The notes: generated by a model from the sequence alone, not told the origin. A stretch of 64,000 nt of DNA from Octopus vulgaris (GCA_951406725.2 OX597816.1:127720001-127784000), one strand, 5' to 3'; shown: positions 40,864-55,219, counted from the stretch's first letter. Translations and numbers: made by a program.

Positions 40864-41265
40864 GTGTACCTATGCATACCTACACATACACACATATATA
40901 TACACATACAAATACAGACCCATTCCCTAATTTTAATTTTATTATCTTCGTTTATTACTTTTGTTATCTTTGGCCCCTTGGTCACAAACATCTTGGCTAT
41001 GACAGCCAGTCCATTTATCTGTCTACTGGAAAACAAGCACTCATTCACTCACGCACACTCTTTAGCACGTACACTCACTCATTCGTACACTCATACACAT
41101 ACACACACGCGTTATATTCATACATACATACATCTACATACATTCACGTATATACACATACGTACGCGTACCTACAGATTCATGTCTACATTCTTAGTCT
41201 ATACATAAACACCAATAAATATAAATACACACACATACATATACACCTACCTACAAATACATACA

Positions 41266-41305
<40 letters not shown>

Positions 41306-41343
41306 CATATATATACACATATATACACACACATATACATACA

Positions 41344-41375
<32 letters not shown>

Positions 41376-41508
41376 TATATACACACATACACATACATAC
41401 ATATACACACATACACATACATACGTATACATACATACATACATACATACATCCATACATACATACATTTATACACATACACACACCCACATACATACAT
41501 ATATATAC

Positions 41509-41547
<39 letters not shown>

Positions 41548-41915
41548 TACACACACATACATATACATACATACATATACAAATATACGCACACACATAC
41601 ATATATACTCATATACACATACACGCACATACACATGTACATGCGTACCCATACACACACACACACGCGCGCATCCATATATACACATAAGTACACACAT
41701 GCGTAAAAGTATACATATATCTATGCTTACACATACACACACACACGCGCCTCCTTATATTCATACTTACATGCATACTCAAAAAATAAGTAAATAGTAA
41801 TATATATATATACGCGCAGTTATTCATACATGCATACTCAAAAATTAAATAATAAATATTAAGTATATGTACGTGCAGTTACCTATTATATAGACGGATA
41901 CATACATATAAACTT

Positions 41916-41958
<43 letters not shown>

Positions 41959-42221
41959 CATACATATATACACATATATATACATATACACATATACATA
42001 TACATATATATACACACACACACATACACATATATATATATATATATATACATACCTACACACATGTACAAATAAATACACACATAGATAACTCTACGTA
42101 CCTACATATACATAAACACACGAGCGTACGCGTATATGTACATATACACATACACATACACATGCATATATATATACATACATACACACACATACACACA
42201 TATATATACACACACACACAT

Positions 42222-42264
<43 letters not shown>

Positions 42265-42271
42265 TATATAT

Positions 42272-42302
<31 letters not shown>

Positions 42303-42755
42303 TAATACATGCGTATATTCCTACTATACCCATACATTTCTATACATATATACGATACACATATACAAGCGTGCACATACAATATGTGTAAGGTCTTAGG
42401 AGAAAAGGTAATCGGGGGTGCTAGGGGAACGGTGGGATTGGGGGGGTTTGTGGGTGGGGTGTCATCAATCTGGTTGCCGGGTAGGTCTATAGTTCTTGTA
42501 GTTCGCATACTTCTTATGCATACAATTTGGGGAGTGTTCTGAGATTTTGTTAAGGAGAGGGCCTTTGGCGAACAAGATCTCTAGGCTCTCCGATATTTTA
42601 TTTTTTTATTTATTCTTCTTTCTAATTTAACACTGACTCCTTGACCACTCCCCCAAGTATGATATTTTGCGCTATGCCTACTCCCAAAAAGTCCCCCACC
42701 AACACCCCTTTAAACCTGCCTAAATGTATAAATGCCAATACAATTCTTATTAACT

Positions 42756-42806
42756 AGCTTCCTGAAGATTTCTCTTGAATGAAACAGTTCTAGTCCTGTA
42801 GAAGCT
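42756..42806 (+). ncRNA. Type I hammerhead ribozyme in the inverted pseudo-LTR of a Penelope-like element
   Basis: AGCTTC-CTGAAGA-T TTC TCTT GAA T-GAA ACAG TTCTAGTC CTGT-A-GAAGCT: 6-bp stem I, CUGANGA and GAAA core, 4-bp stem III, GUA cleavage triplet ending at 42800. Confidence 0.85.
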
Positions 42807-42848
42807 CCTTCTATATAATAATATATATATATATATATATATATAGAC

Positions 42849-42879
<31 letters not shown>

Positions 42880-43402
42880 TACATGCATATATATATGTAT
42901 ATATCGACACAAACAGATAGATATAGATGTATATATATATCTATATAATTTGAGGAACTAAAGTCCCTTAAGGGATGCTGGCATTCTAGTGCTTCGATTT
43001 TTACCAGCATTCAGTGAAAACCAAGTATATTAGTATATCACTGAAACATGTAGGATTTTCAGCAAAGTTTAAATTAAGAAAATGGAGATGACAGAAAAGA
43101 TTTTCATAGAAATGTTTCTATCTAAAGTCATTCAAATAATGCATATCAAGTCTTACCTACAGCTGTTTTGATACAGAATTCATTAATTTAAGATATAGAA
43201 TTCCATATACGAAACAGTGAATTGCGTATATTCTCATTGAGAAATTTTTAAAGAAATTTAGTAACATGTCGGCTAACCTTCGACAAACTCAGAAAAGGTT
43301 TGTTTTCTTTTTAACACAAATGTTCCTTGGAAACCTTCATTGCCACATATACACAAAAACGCATACTTTCTACACATCCTTACTCATGCCAGTATGATGC
43401 AC

Positions 43403-43640
43403 AATAATGTTCGTCCTTCGGTTCGAAGATGACCAACTGACATCATCTGATGGAACTGCAGCCATGAGACCTGAGGTGGCTGGTGAGGCCAATCCGGGCA
43501 AGGAAGCCCCTCCCACAGGTGGGGCAGAAGTGGGTAGGGGTCGTGCTACTGGTGCAGGCGGCTCTGGCTTTACGCATCTGACGTTTCTGCTCCGCTGACC
43601 GAATCCGTCCCTCCTCGGCTGTCCCTGCTCCCACTAGTTC
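43403..43640 (-). mobile_element. RTE (BovB-like) LINE 3' end, apparently young
   Basis: Open C-terminal C2H2 motif CPTCGRGFLARIGLTSHLRSH; GC-rich with CpGs retained. Confidence 0.8.
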
Positions 43641-43932
43641 ATTGATGGTTTTATGATAGTTAAGATATAGACATTATCGAGAGAAAAAGAATAGTGGATA
43701 AAACTAGTGAATGGAGGAGAACGTTATAGATTAATTGTTAAAGAGAGAGCAGCTAGACAAGACAGTTCATTGAGCCTATGCCTGTCGATAATAATACAGT
43801 TTAATGAAACATATATCAAACTCCACCTAACTGAAATCAAAATTGGTATGTTAATCAATGTTTATGCAAATACACTGTCTATATGTATCAAGTAAATACA
43901 AATGGAACCCATGTATCACTAGATTAACCAAC

Positions 43933-44310
43933 AGGCACAGGAGTGGCTGTGTGGTAAGTAGCTTGCTAACCAACCACATGGTTCCGGGTTCAATCCCACT
44001 GCGTGGCATCTTGGGCAAGTGTCTTCTGCTATAGCCCCGGGCCGACCAATGCCTTGTGAGTGGATTTGGTAGACGGAAACTGAAAGAAGCCTGTCATATA
44101 TATGTATATATATATGTTTGTGTTTGTCCCCCTAGCATTGCTTGACAACCGATGCTGGTGTGTTTACATCCCCGTCACTTAGCGGTTCAGCAAAAGAGAC
44201 CGATAGAATAAGTACTGGGCTTACAAAGAATAAGTCCCGGGGTCGATTTACTCGACTAAAGGCGGTGCTCCAGCATGGCTGCAGTCAAATGACTGCAACA
44301 AGTAAAAGAG
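43933..44310 (+). mobile_element. tRNA-derived SINE, well-preserved copy
   Basis: A box TGGCTGTGTGG, B box GGTTCAATCCC, CORE-like cttgggcaagtgtc, internal TA/TG microsatellite. Confidence 0.85.
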
Positions 44311-44435
44311 TAAAAGAGAGAGTACAGAAAATAAACACACACACATATATATCCATACATACACACATACATATATACATACATATATATACACACCCAT
44401 ACACATATACCAATACATATACATGTACAAATACA

Positions 44436-44476
<41 letters not shown>

Positions 44477-44789
44477 TTTATTTAAACGTAAATATCTGTA
44501 ATATAAGCGATTATCAATGATTACTCCAAACCTAATAATAATTCCTAAATGTCTATTTTGATGCATGGACACAAGAAAATCCCATTTCTATTTAGTATTT
44601 AATAGACTTCTCCAAACTTGAATCAAATACAGCACTTCTAAAGAAAGAAAGCAAAAAGACTTACCAGGTTTATAAGCAGTAGCCTGGCTTATAATTTCGG
44701 TGGTGGGTATTTCTTGGGCTTAAATAATCCACTTACAAATTAGTCCTTTTCTTCAGTAATGCTACTTATTGGTGTATCATTTTTGTTTA

Positions 44790-46525
<1,736 letters not shown>

Positions 46526-47747
46526 ATTCTTTCCTCCTCATTTTTAGATTACATGATTGTTGTAAATGAGTGTCACTGTGAATCAGGCAGGTTCATGTCT
46601 TCCTAATCTTCTATGAAAATATACCCTAACTAGAATCATATCTAACTAGAATCATATCTGGCTGTAGAAACTCTGCCTGAAAGTATTTTATTTGCCTTAT
46701 TTGGAAACGTAAGCAATAAAACCTTGATTATAATCATGGTAATAACTATTGGATTCAAGTAGTACCTTCAATAAGGGTTCTTACATACCACAGTGCCTTA
46801 TGCTTCAAGTCTTTCTGTGAATTGTACTGCATCGAGGGTCTTTTATTATGTTTTTTATATACTAGCACATTTGCATTCACTCACACAAAAACGCTGCTGA
46901 AAGTTGTTTAGATGATTTTGATAAATGATTTAATGTAAATCAATAATTTCTGCCAACCTTTCTAATCAATTGGCTAAATTTCCTTAGAGATCATCTTTGT
47001 ATTGCCAATTTTAAATCAGGAAATGATGGATTATAATATCATGCCTGTACATGGAGTTATTAAAGCATTTTACAGAGAAGCCTTACCTATGAATGTTTAG
47101 CTGAAAGCAGCCTACTTGTAATATTACATTTCAACATTTTCTATTCAATTTTCTTACATTAGTTCTAACAAGAAATAATTAAATTTTATAAACATATCCT
47201 TCAGCGAAGCTAAATTAAAATCCTTGATTTGCATCACTCAGGGTAAAATAAAAATGTGCTACTGATGCCCAGTCTAGCATTTTTGTTACTACAACACAGT
47301 TTTTACTGATGTTATGATGCTATTTTTACATGCCAGGTGAGACCATCAAGTTTACAATGCTTCCATTTTCCTTGAAAATATTTGACAGATTTCAAGCCAA
47401 AACAAATTTATTAGTTGAAGATCAAGCTTTGTGAAAATAAATCATAGTAAAAGTTGTCAGCTTCAGTTTGTCTTATTATTATTAATGTCAAATCTTAACG
47501 TTATTACATTTCTGCTTCTATATTGAAAAGAAAAAATAGAACAGAAAAAGAAAAAAAAATGCTTAAGCAACTAACTACTGCTGTTATTTTCTGTTTATTT
47601 TACACTATATCTTAGATTTGTTTCTTTATCTTGTTTATTCTTAATTTATTTTCTGTTTATCTTACAATATATATCAGATTTGGTTTTAATTCTTGTTTGT
47701 TTATTTTGGCTCTTTTTATTGTCTTCTTTTGCTTCTTTATTATGCAG

Positions 47748-47756
47748 GACCAAGGA
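47748..47756 (+). CDS. Candidate 9-nt microexon GACCAAGGA (DQG)
   Basis: Very long T-rich tract (~47580-47740) with TGC motifs, then tatgcag|GACCAAGGA|gtaatt. Confidence 0.4.
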
Positions 47757-48989
47757 GTAATTCAAACTAGAGATCATAAGTTGAGTTCTTTTACTTTGCG
47801 ATTTTTTTTCCTCTCAGATTACGGTTTTATGTTTGTTTCTGTTATATAGTGCAATGTATTAAATTCCACATAACTAGGTTATTATTGACCATATAATGTA
47901 GCCATTGTTGGGGTAGTACAGTGTTTATTATTTTGCTGAGTCTGTTATTTTACTTCTTAATTCTACAAGCTACATTTCAATTGGCTGTTGAAAAGAGACT
48001 ACAGGAATATTAGCTTCTATAAGCAGATAACCTACCTAAGCAGACACTGATTACAACACACACACACAAACTAGAAAGGTCCCATTATTTCATTACTGTG
48101 TGTGTGTGGGGGGGGGGGGGCATTTGCACATGGATATATGTTTATATTTATATATATATGGGGATCAGTTTTTGTTTTAAGGATGTTGTATTGAAACACA
48201 ACTATGGTAAAATTTGATTTTTTTTTTCTTTATTGGCATCTTCTATATCTGCATATCATTCCAAATGATAAAGTTCCCAATTCCATTCTTATCATCAATG
48301 GTTCTAGAATATTTAAGCCTCATTTTCAGAATGTAGAATTGTTTTTGACTTCTGTACTACCCTTCTATGATTGATCATATATCATCATTTAATGTTTGTT
48401 CTCCATGCTATATATAGGAGGAAGTCATTCATCATTCATCCCTGATGACGTGGCTGGCTCATCAGAGGTGATGTTTGATGATAAGGTATTCAATGGAAAG
48501 CCTTAGTACACTGCTATCTTCCTTAGAGCCAAAACAAATCAACTGTCAAAGAAAACAGAAGAAAAGAAAAGAAAAGATGAAATTTGGTCAATGTGGCATT
48601 TATACAGAACTAGCTTACCTGTTCTAGCCATCAACCTTAAAGTATATATTGTTGCTATTATGCAAAAGTGTTGTAAGTCCAAAACGTTGCCTTTTCAGAA
48701 AACGAAAAAATATTTTCACCATTCCATAGCAAAACTGTTGTACTACACTTTGGCAATTTTTGATATCTTGGCATCTGAAGCAGCTGGAGATATGATAGTT
48801 TAACCAAATGAACCAGCTATTGCAAGCAAACATAAATATTGAAGAAAACGCATTTGGCCAAATTTGGACATGTGACAGTTTAAAATAATTGCAACAATAT
48901 ATAAAAGAATTAAATTCAAAGAATTGAAGAACCCAGCATAAACACTTCAGATGAGGATCCATCTATTAGGTCACATAGTTAATAATAGA

Positions 48990-49520
48990 TTCTGTTGCAG
49001 ATTGAGCAACAAGCATTTTTGAACTTTGCTTATTTTCTAGGTATTTGGAGTTTAGTGTACTGGTATTCTGTTTTTGGTTATTTCTGTTGCTTGTGGGTGA
49101 TCAGGTGTAGGTTTGATTTAGCTTACAATGACTAGAATTTAGAATATATTTAAAGTTGGGAGTAGTTGAATAATATAGTTTTATTGTGTTGCAAATTTGG
49201 TTTCTTCAGTGCTAATGGAATGATATTTTCCTCATTAGTTTGAAGATGTATTTGCCACAAGAGTGTCACTGCAACATTGAAAGGTTAGTTATACCAGGTG
49301 TTTGTGTTTCTGTTCCTATTTTCCATTCTAATATTTATCTGGTTTGGCGGCTCTTTGATATATTGTATCATCTTTGTTAACCTGCTTCTTTACAGGGCTT
49401 TTTCATAATATGAAGTTTGGCTTCTTGGGATTCAGTTTTGAGATTCTGGGTGAGTTCCTTGTGAACAAGCTTTGTTTATGTCTTTTAGGTGGTTTGTGTG
49501 TTACCAGGTTCCATTCCTAT
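48990..49520 (-). mobile_element. Old Penelope-like (Naiad-type) ORF fragment
   Basis: Minus-strand peptides NRNRNTNTWYN*PFNVAVT and NTIKLYYSTTPNFKYI match the WFNPPF and NTxKxSYSxxPN motifs between RT and endonuclease. Confidence 0.6.
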
Positions 49521-50539
49521 GAACTGCAACAGAATATATATTCTAAAACATACTGGATAATGCTTGAAACCTTTTATATGAGTGAAATGAAATTGTTTAA
49601 TTAAGAAAAACACAATAAAAAGACTGGCATTGTGAAGTTTATTTGTTTTTTGTATTGTTCACTTTCTTTTTTATGAAGGACTTTGCTTTTTTTTTAAATA
49701 TATTAAGAATCTCCTAACATTTAGCCAGCCTCTTTAACTTGCTGATAGAAAAACTGAGGTCATCAGTGATTATGAAAATCAAACTAAATTATCTAATTTC
49801 ACCATGGTTACAATGATGGCCATGTGGCTGTGTTGTTTGTTTCATAACCAGCTGTTTCTTGGTTCAATCTTACTTTGAATCTTGAGTGTCTTCTAAAATA
49901 GACTCAAGTTAATCAATGTTTTGTGAATGAAATTTGTAAATCGGTGACTGGCCTGCTGAAAACCTAGAACTAATGATACCATTGTTCATAAAATGCATGA
50001 CATGAAATAGGAAAATAAAAATAACCATACATAACTGATCATTGTTATATTGACATTATATACTTAATCAATGATTGTGATGCTTTACTTCTATCTTATT
50101 TAGCCTTTATTCCTTATGATGAACACCAAATTGTTGGCAAGGCAAATTCATAAACTGTTTTTTTTTTTGTTCAGAACTGCAGCTCAGTTCACATCTTTAT
50201 GCTACTAATGCTCTTAAGAAATGCATGAACACCACACAATCTGGTTCTCCTACCTTATAGATTTGTGACCTTGCGCTTAAGTAGAAATCAATACATTTGA
50301 ATGCCTTAACCTCACTTGATAATCATTTCATATATTTTGTACAACTTCTTGACAAATTCAATGCTTTCTAGGAATTTAAAACATTTCTGCTATTATTGTA
50401 TCTCACTTATCTTTTAAGTCGACCCCCTTTTTCTCCTATTTTGAATTAGCTGGTAGAAAATCAGGTAATCAATATTTCATTGAAGTTTTTTGTTCATGAA
50501 GCTATTGATTTCTGATTTATTTATTTATTTTTTGTATAG

Positions 50540-50594
50540 CAACTAACTCCTCCAAAATACTTTCCAATCCCATTCAATAATGTTGAGCTTATTT
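50540..50594 (+). CDS. Candidate exon (55 nt), QLTPPKYFPIPFNNVELI plus 1 nt
   Basis: T-rich acceptor ending tttgtatag, donor gtaagt at 50595, only one open frame; length is not a multiple of 3. Confidence 0.45.
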
Positions 50595-50844
50595 GTAAGT
50601 ATGCCTTCTCATATTAGAGAAATGTAAACTAGAACAGAAGAAATACTTATACATACAGGCCAATTATCTTATAGTCTCTACTGCAGCTGTGTCTATTGTT
50701 ATTGCACCGTTATTAAATTATTTTAAAGTACAGTTGGTTAGTTACTGAATTGCAGCATCCATGTCAAACTTAATACTAATGATAGCAATGATGATGATGA
50801 TGATGATTATAATAATGATAATAATAATAATAATAATAATAATC

Positions 50845-51058
50845 TTTCTTTCTGCTGTAGGCACAAGGAAAATTATGGGAGTGGGCATTTAATAACATTG
50901 ACCCCAGTGTTCAGCTGGTACTTTTTTTTTTTTTTACCTCAAAAGGATGAAATGCAAAGTTGACCTTGGCAGAATTTGAACTCAGAATGTGAAGGTAGAC
51001 AAAATGCTTAGCAGCATTTTGTCTGGCCTGCTAATAATTCTGCCAGTTTGCCACCTTG
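50845..51058 (-). mobile_element. Meta-like SINE inserted in (TAA)n
   Basis: Reverse complement similar to 3366-3590. Confidence 0.75.
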
Positions 51059-51063
51059 ATAAT

Positions 51064-51094
<31 letters not shown>

Positions 51095-51486
51095 CAATAT
51101 TATAATAATATTCAAATTATGAATTAGAAGAAGCACTAGTATTGCAAACATTATCAAACACACACAATGTATGTGCTTTGCTTGTCCATTAGTAGGCAGT
51201 GATTTAACAGTGGAGATAACTCTCAAAGTGTTGGGTTTTAAAACATTTGATGTCATAGACAGGTGAGACAACTCACCCCAAGTTCCATTCAGGAGTGATG
51301 GACATCGATGTTTTCCCATTTTTATGGCTTCTTAACATCATGTTCCTGAACCAAACTGGAAGTGTAGTGAATAGCCTGTCCATGACTACATGCAAGATAG
51401 TGTAAAAACCATCTCACTCAATAATAATGATGATGATGATGATAATAATAATAATGTTAATAATAATAATGATAATAATAATCATC

Positions 51487-51534
<48 letters not shown>

Positions 51535-51574
51535 GCACTAGCACATGCTAATTTAGTTAACATATGTTTTATCT

Positions 51575-52598
51575 TGAGGTTTGATGACAAGTTTTATCAA
51601 TTCTGAAGAATCTTTCTCAGAATTCTTGAGAATATAGGATGGTACTTTTCTGCAGGTTAACAATGCAAGTTTCAATTTCAGTCTTTTAGGTAGCATTTTG
51701 GGTATTGTACCTAGTACACCAATTACAACCTTGTTGTCTTGGTCTTACACAACCTCCTCAGTTCTCTGGCTAGATATTGATATTTCTCAGTTTTTTTTCA
51801 ATTTCTTTGGTATCAACTCTGCTATCATAGGGAATTGCCAAATCTATAATTTTACACTGTTTATTTTGTCCCCTATGATAATGTCCAGTCTTCTTTCTGC
51901 AGTAATATGTTTAGTCTTTACAGGGAAATCCCATCTTGTAAATTTCATTTTCTGTCACAGCCTCTGGCTCATGTTCAAACCACATTTCTGTTTCTTTGAA
52001 ACCATTCCAATGTTCTCTTTTGCCTATGCAGTCATGTCTGCATTTATACTCCTTTTGCAGTAGTATTCTGCACTTGCACGAAAGGTGATTGATACTTTCA
52101 TCTCCTTTCCTGTAGATTCCATCCTTTTCCATCTGTTTTTCCTATTGTTCTTTCTTTTCTTTTTGAATTCTCCTACTGTTTTGGTCACTTTTTGGGTATC
52201 TCTGGCTGCCAATAGTATTCTTCCTTTACTTCTTTTCCAGACCTAGTATTGCAGTATTAACCATATCTTCTACATTTAGTAATTCTCTGCTATATTTTCT
52301 TGGTAGGTAGAGTCAGCTAGTATTGCTTTCAGGGTAGAGTGCATGGTGCATTGTAGACAGTTTTCTCATTCTTCCATCCAAGTTCTGTAACTCAATCTTT
52401 GTCCATTTCAGAAAAGGAGCAGAGTATCTCAGTACAAGTATAGCCAGTGTATTTATGGCTTTAATGATGTTTCAAGCACCTTCCTAATTCAAGCACCTTC
52501 CTAATTCAAGCACCTTGTACCCTTTAGTAACGTTCTCTCTAATTTCTCCTTCCATTATCCTACTGTCTTGTAGCACTCCAATGTATTTGTACCCCTTG
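51575..52598 (-). mobile_element. R4/Dong-like non-LTR retrotransposon remnant, copy 1
   Basis: GYKYIGVLQD and ESINHLSCKCRILLQKEYKCRHD; bounded by (TTA)n arrays. Confidence 0.7.
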
Positions 52599-52601
52599 AT
52601 T

Positions 52602-52644
<43 letters not shown>

Positions 52645-53035
52645 GAAAATTCTCAGCTTATTTTACTGGGTATGATGGAAAGTGTCAGCTGTCCACAGCT
52701 AGAAGACTAAGGTGACACTTGTCTTTTTGGTCATGCTCCATGAACACTGGGAAGAATTCTTGCAGCTCCAAGCAATACTGATTTTTGAAGCTGTTCTACC
52801 TTCGTACTTGTGCCGATCATTTTCAGACATGATAGTTGAGTGCCGATACTTCCAAGTGCACCAATTACTATTGGTATCACGTCTACTCTCTTCATTGACC
52901 ACAACCTTCATATGTCCTTCTTCAGATCGTCATAGTTGTTTATTTTTTATTTTTCTTTCACATTGATCTTGTTGTCACTGGGGCATGCTATATCGATTAT
53001 CATACGTTCTTTCTTCACCAGGGCATGCCTATTGT
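52645..53035 (-). mobile_element. R4/Dong-like non-LTR retrotransposon 3' remnant, copy 2
   Basis: MIIDIACPSDNKINVKEK restriction-like endonuclease motif; flanked by (TTA)n and (TTG)(TTC)(TAA)n. Confidence 0.7.
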
Positions 53036-53125
53036 TGTTGTTGTTGTTATTGTTCTTCTTCTTCTTCTTCTTCTTCTTCTTCTTCTTCTTCTTCTTCTTC
53101 TTCTTCTTCTTCTTCTCATTATCAT

Positions 53126-53168
<43 letters not shown>
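53031..53168. repeat. Compound trinucleotide repeat (TTG)n(TTC)n(TAA)n
   Basis: Direct reading. Confidence 0.95.
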
Positions 53169-53169
<1 letters not shown>

Positions 53170-54089
53170 GTAACTATATGATGATTAGAATTCAGAACTG
53201 TAGGAACTGCAGCTTTTGGATCTACAGAGATTGAGTGGGAAGTTATTTCATTAAGCCATGTTAAAGACAAGTAAATCTGTAGTGAAATAAGTCTATGATT
53301 TTATTTGTAAATTTGATAATTAACAGAACTAGAAAAAAGAACTGTTTCAAGATGATGCACAGTGCCTACAATATCTGAAATCAGCCCTCCTAGAATTGTA
53401 TTCTAGCCATGGTTGAATGTGGTGCATATTTTGTAACTTTATCTTTTTTTGACATTTATTCTATAGCTTTACATGAACATGATTAACATGAGAATTTTGA
53501 AACAGTATTAATTATGATCTAATTAGGGTGTAAGATGTATTCATTTATCTGCATATAGATTTGTATATTAATGCATATCTTTACTTTGCATCTTCAAACC
53601 AATAAAGAACAAAAAAAGATTATGAAAGACTGATTGTGATTGTTGGTTTCTGATTCAATGAAGTGTATGCTGAAGTTAAAAGGAACATATAGAGAAAGCA
53701 AAGCAAGACTGGAAATTAGCAATTTAGAAACAATGAAACTGTGGGTGTTTAGCAAATTGTGTGATTTATCCACATCAAACTAATAATGAATATTATTAGA
53801 TTAATGGAAGCATTATATGGTAACCAGATTATCAAATGGTTATGCTGAATCTACCAAATGGATTCTTTTAAGTGTGAGTGTTATATAAAAAGATCTACGT
53901 TTGCTTTAAAAATTGAAAGATTGTTTTGAATGGTATTTCATGACAGACGTTCATTAAAGAAGTTTTAAAATGAAATCTTGATTTATTATCTATCAAATGA
54001 AATAATTTTATTTTATTAAAGATATGTTTTTGAAGTGTGTATACATGCAAATAGTTTTCCTCTGTAATATATATTAGACATAATCAAAT

Positions 54090-54134
54090 TTTTATATCTT
54101 TTTCTCTTTTTCTTTTTTTTGCTTTTAGGTAAGT
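54090..54134 (+). promoter_or_regulatory. Recursive-type splice site (zero-length exon) AG|GTAAGT, junction 54128/54129
   Basis: ~35-nt polypyrimidine tract followed directly by gcttttag|gtaagt; cryptic downstream donor TTG|gtaatg at 54161. Confidence 0.55.
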
Positions 54135-55219
54135 CTTATACACGTTTGCTGTTTTCATTGGTAATGTATACATCAATTTGCTGTTTAAGATTTTGGTAAA
54201 TGTGGCATTTTATGTTTAAAGTATATAATAAAAAAGAAATGTGATATTTTTCTTTTATCTACTAACTTTAATGTACTGTGTGCAATAATTTCAACTTAAA
54301 TTTCATGCTATATCCTCTTTACGTTTTAACTATTATAACATAATTATAATTTATGAAAGATGTCTGAATAATTTCTGAAATTCAGTAGCAATGAATATTA
54401 TTTTAGGTGACTGAAAAAGAATACATATAAGCTATTTTATGCTGATGCAACCAGTTTCTTTCACATTCAGTTGCAACCTATTATGTATGATGCAATTAAA
54501 TGTTTTTGTTCTTTTTTGCTTTTGTTTTCTCAGTTATTAACTTGTGCTTTTCACCCAAGTTCTATTGAAACTTATTTTAATAATCATTAAGTTATTTTCT
54601 TCTATTTAATACCTGTTTACTAAAACTACCATTCCCATGATTTTTTCAACGCTGTTATTTTTTCTGTAATAAATGTACAATTATTGGTAACTTTGTAAAA
54701 ATTAACAGAACTGACAAAATGTATTGAATAATAATATTCTCTTTGTTTTTTGTATATCTTTATTTTGGTTCTGTTCAATAGTTTAATACAAAATAATTCT
54801 TATAACTTATTTGGCTATTAGTAAAAGACACAAAATTTCTCATTAGCCAGTTATTTTCATTTGATTGATTAAAGAAGTACCACTCCAGTATGTATATTCT
54901 TTTAAAAATAATTACAGCATTTCCGTAATTTGATAAAAAGTGATTTGGTTCCGATAGATTTTTCTTTAAAGAGCAGGACATTTGTTTTGTAGGGTTTTGA
55001 TTAATGATCACTGCAATATTCATATTTATTACATCTCACTAAAATGTCAAGTTCTCTATAGTAAAGACTGATTTCTGTAATAAATTTGTAGTATTGAACA
55101 ATTGCTCATAGTATTGCTTGTTCATAAAATATTTTCAGTGGGGTTTCAGCAAGCAGCAGCTCTTGCTATGACTTACTTCATAGCATTACATGTTCATTTG
55201 AATTTTATTTCTAGAATAG

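Larger units (their letters stand above)
40138..42820 (-). mobile_element. 5'-truncated Penelope-like retroelement (probably Naiad-type) with inverted pseudo-LTR
   Basis: ~225-bp inverted repeats (~40208-40434 and ~42596-42821) containing hammerheads; minus-strand ORF end 42593-42465 SESLEILFAKGPLLNKISEHSPNCMHKK...* resembles the PLE GIY-YIG C-terminal LNKxxE...CxH motif; microsatellite-expanded 3' region; (TA)n on both flanks. Confidence 0.8.

Noticed and set aside
40915-41080. Possible SECIS in the unique 3' segment of the Penelope element
   Set aside because: No RUGA/GA quartet with a paired stem and apical AA could be built by eye; SECISearch would confirm
43933-44010. tRNA-like A/B boxes as tRNA genes
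   Set aside because: No full cloverleaf; sequence continues into SINE bodies present in many copies
44659-44720. Minus-strand 54-nt exon candidate (44718-44665) and TTATAAGC/GCTTATAA hairpin
   Set aside because: Good donor but AAG acceptor without a pyrimidine tract; an 8-bp AT-rich stem is expected by chance
52471-52516. Short tandem duplications (17-mer here; also near 1960, 46627, 58103, 59836) as a CRISPR-like array
   Set aside because: Only 2-3 copies, mostly without unique spacers; ordinary slippage duplications in eukaryotic DNA
52947-53270. Poly-K/N/Y, poly-L/I and poly-S ORFs
   Set aside because: Translations of compound trinucleotide repeats
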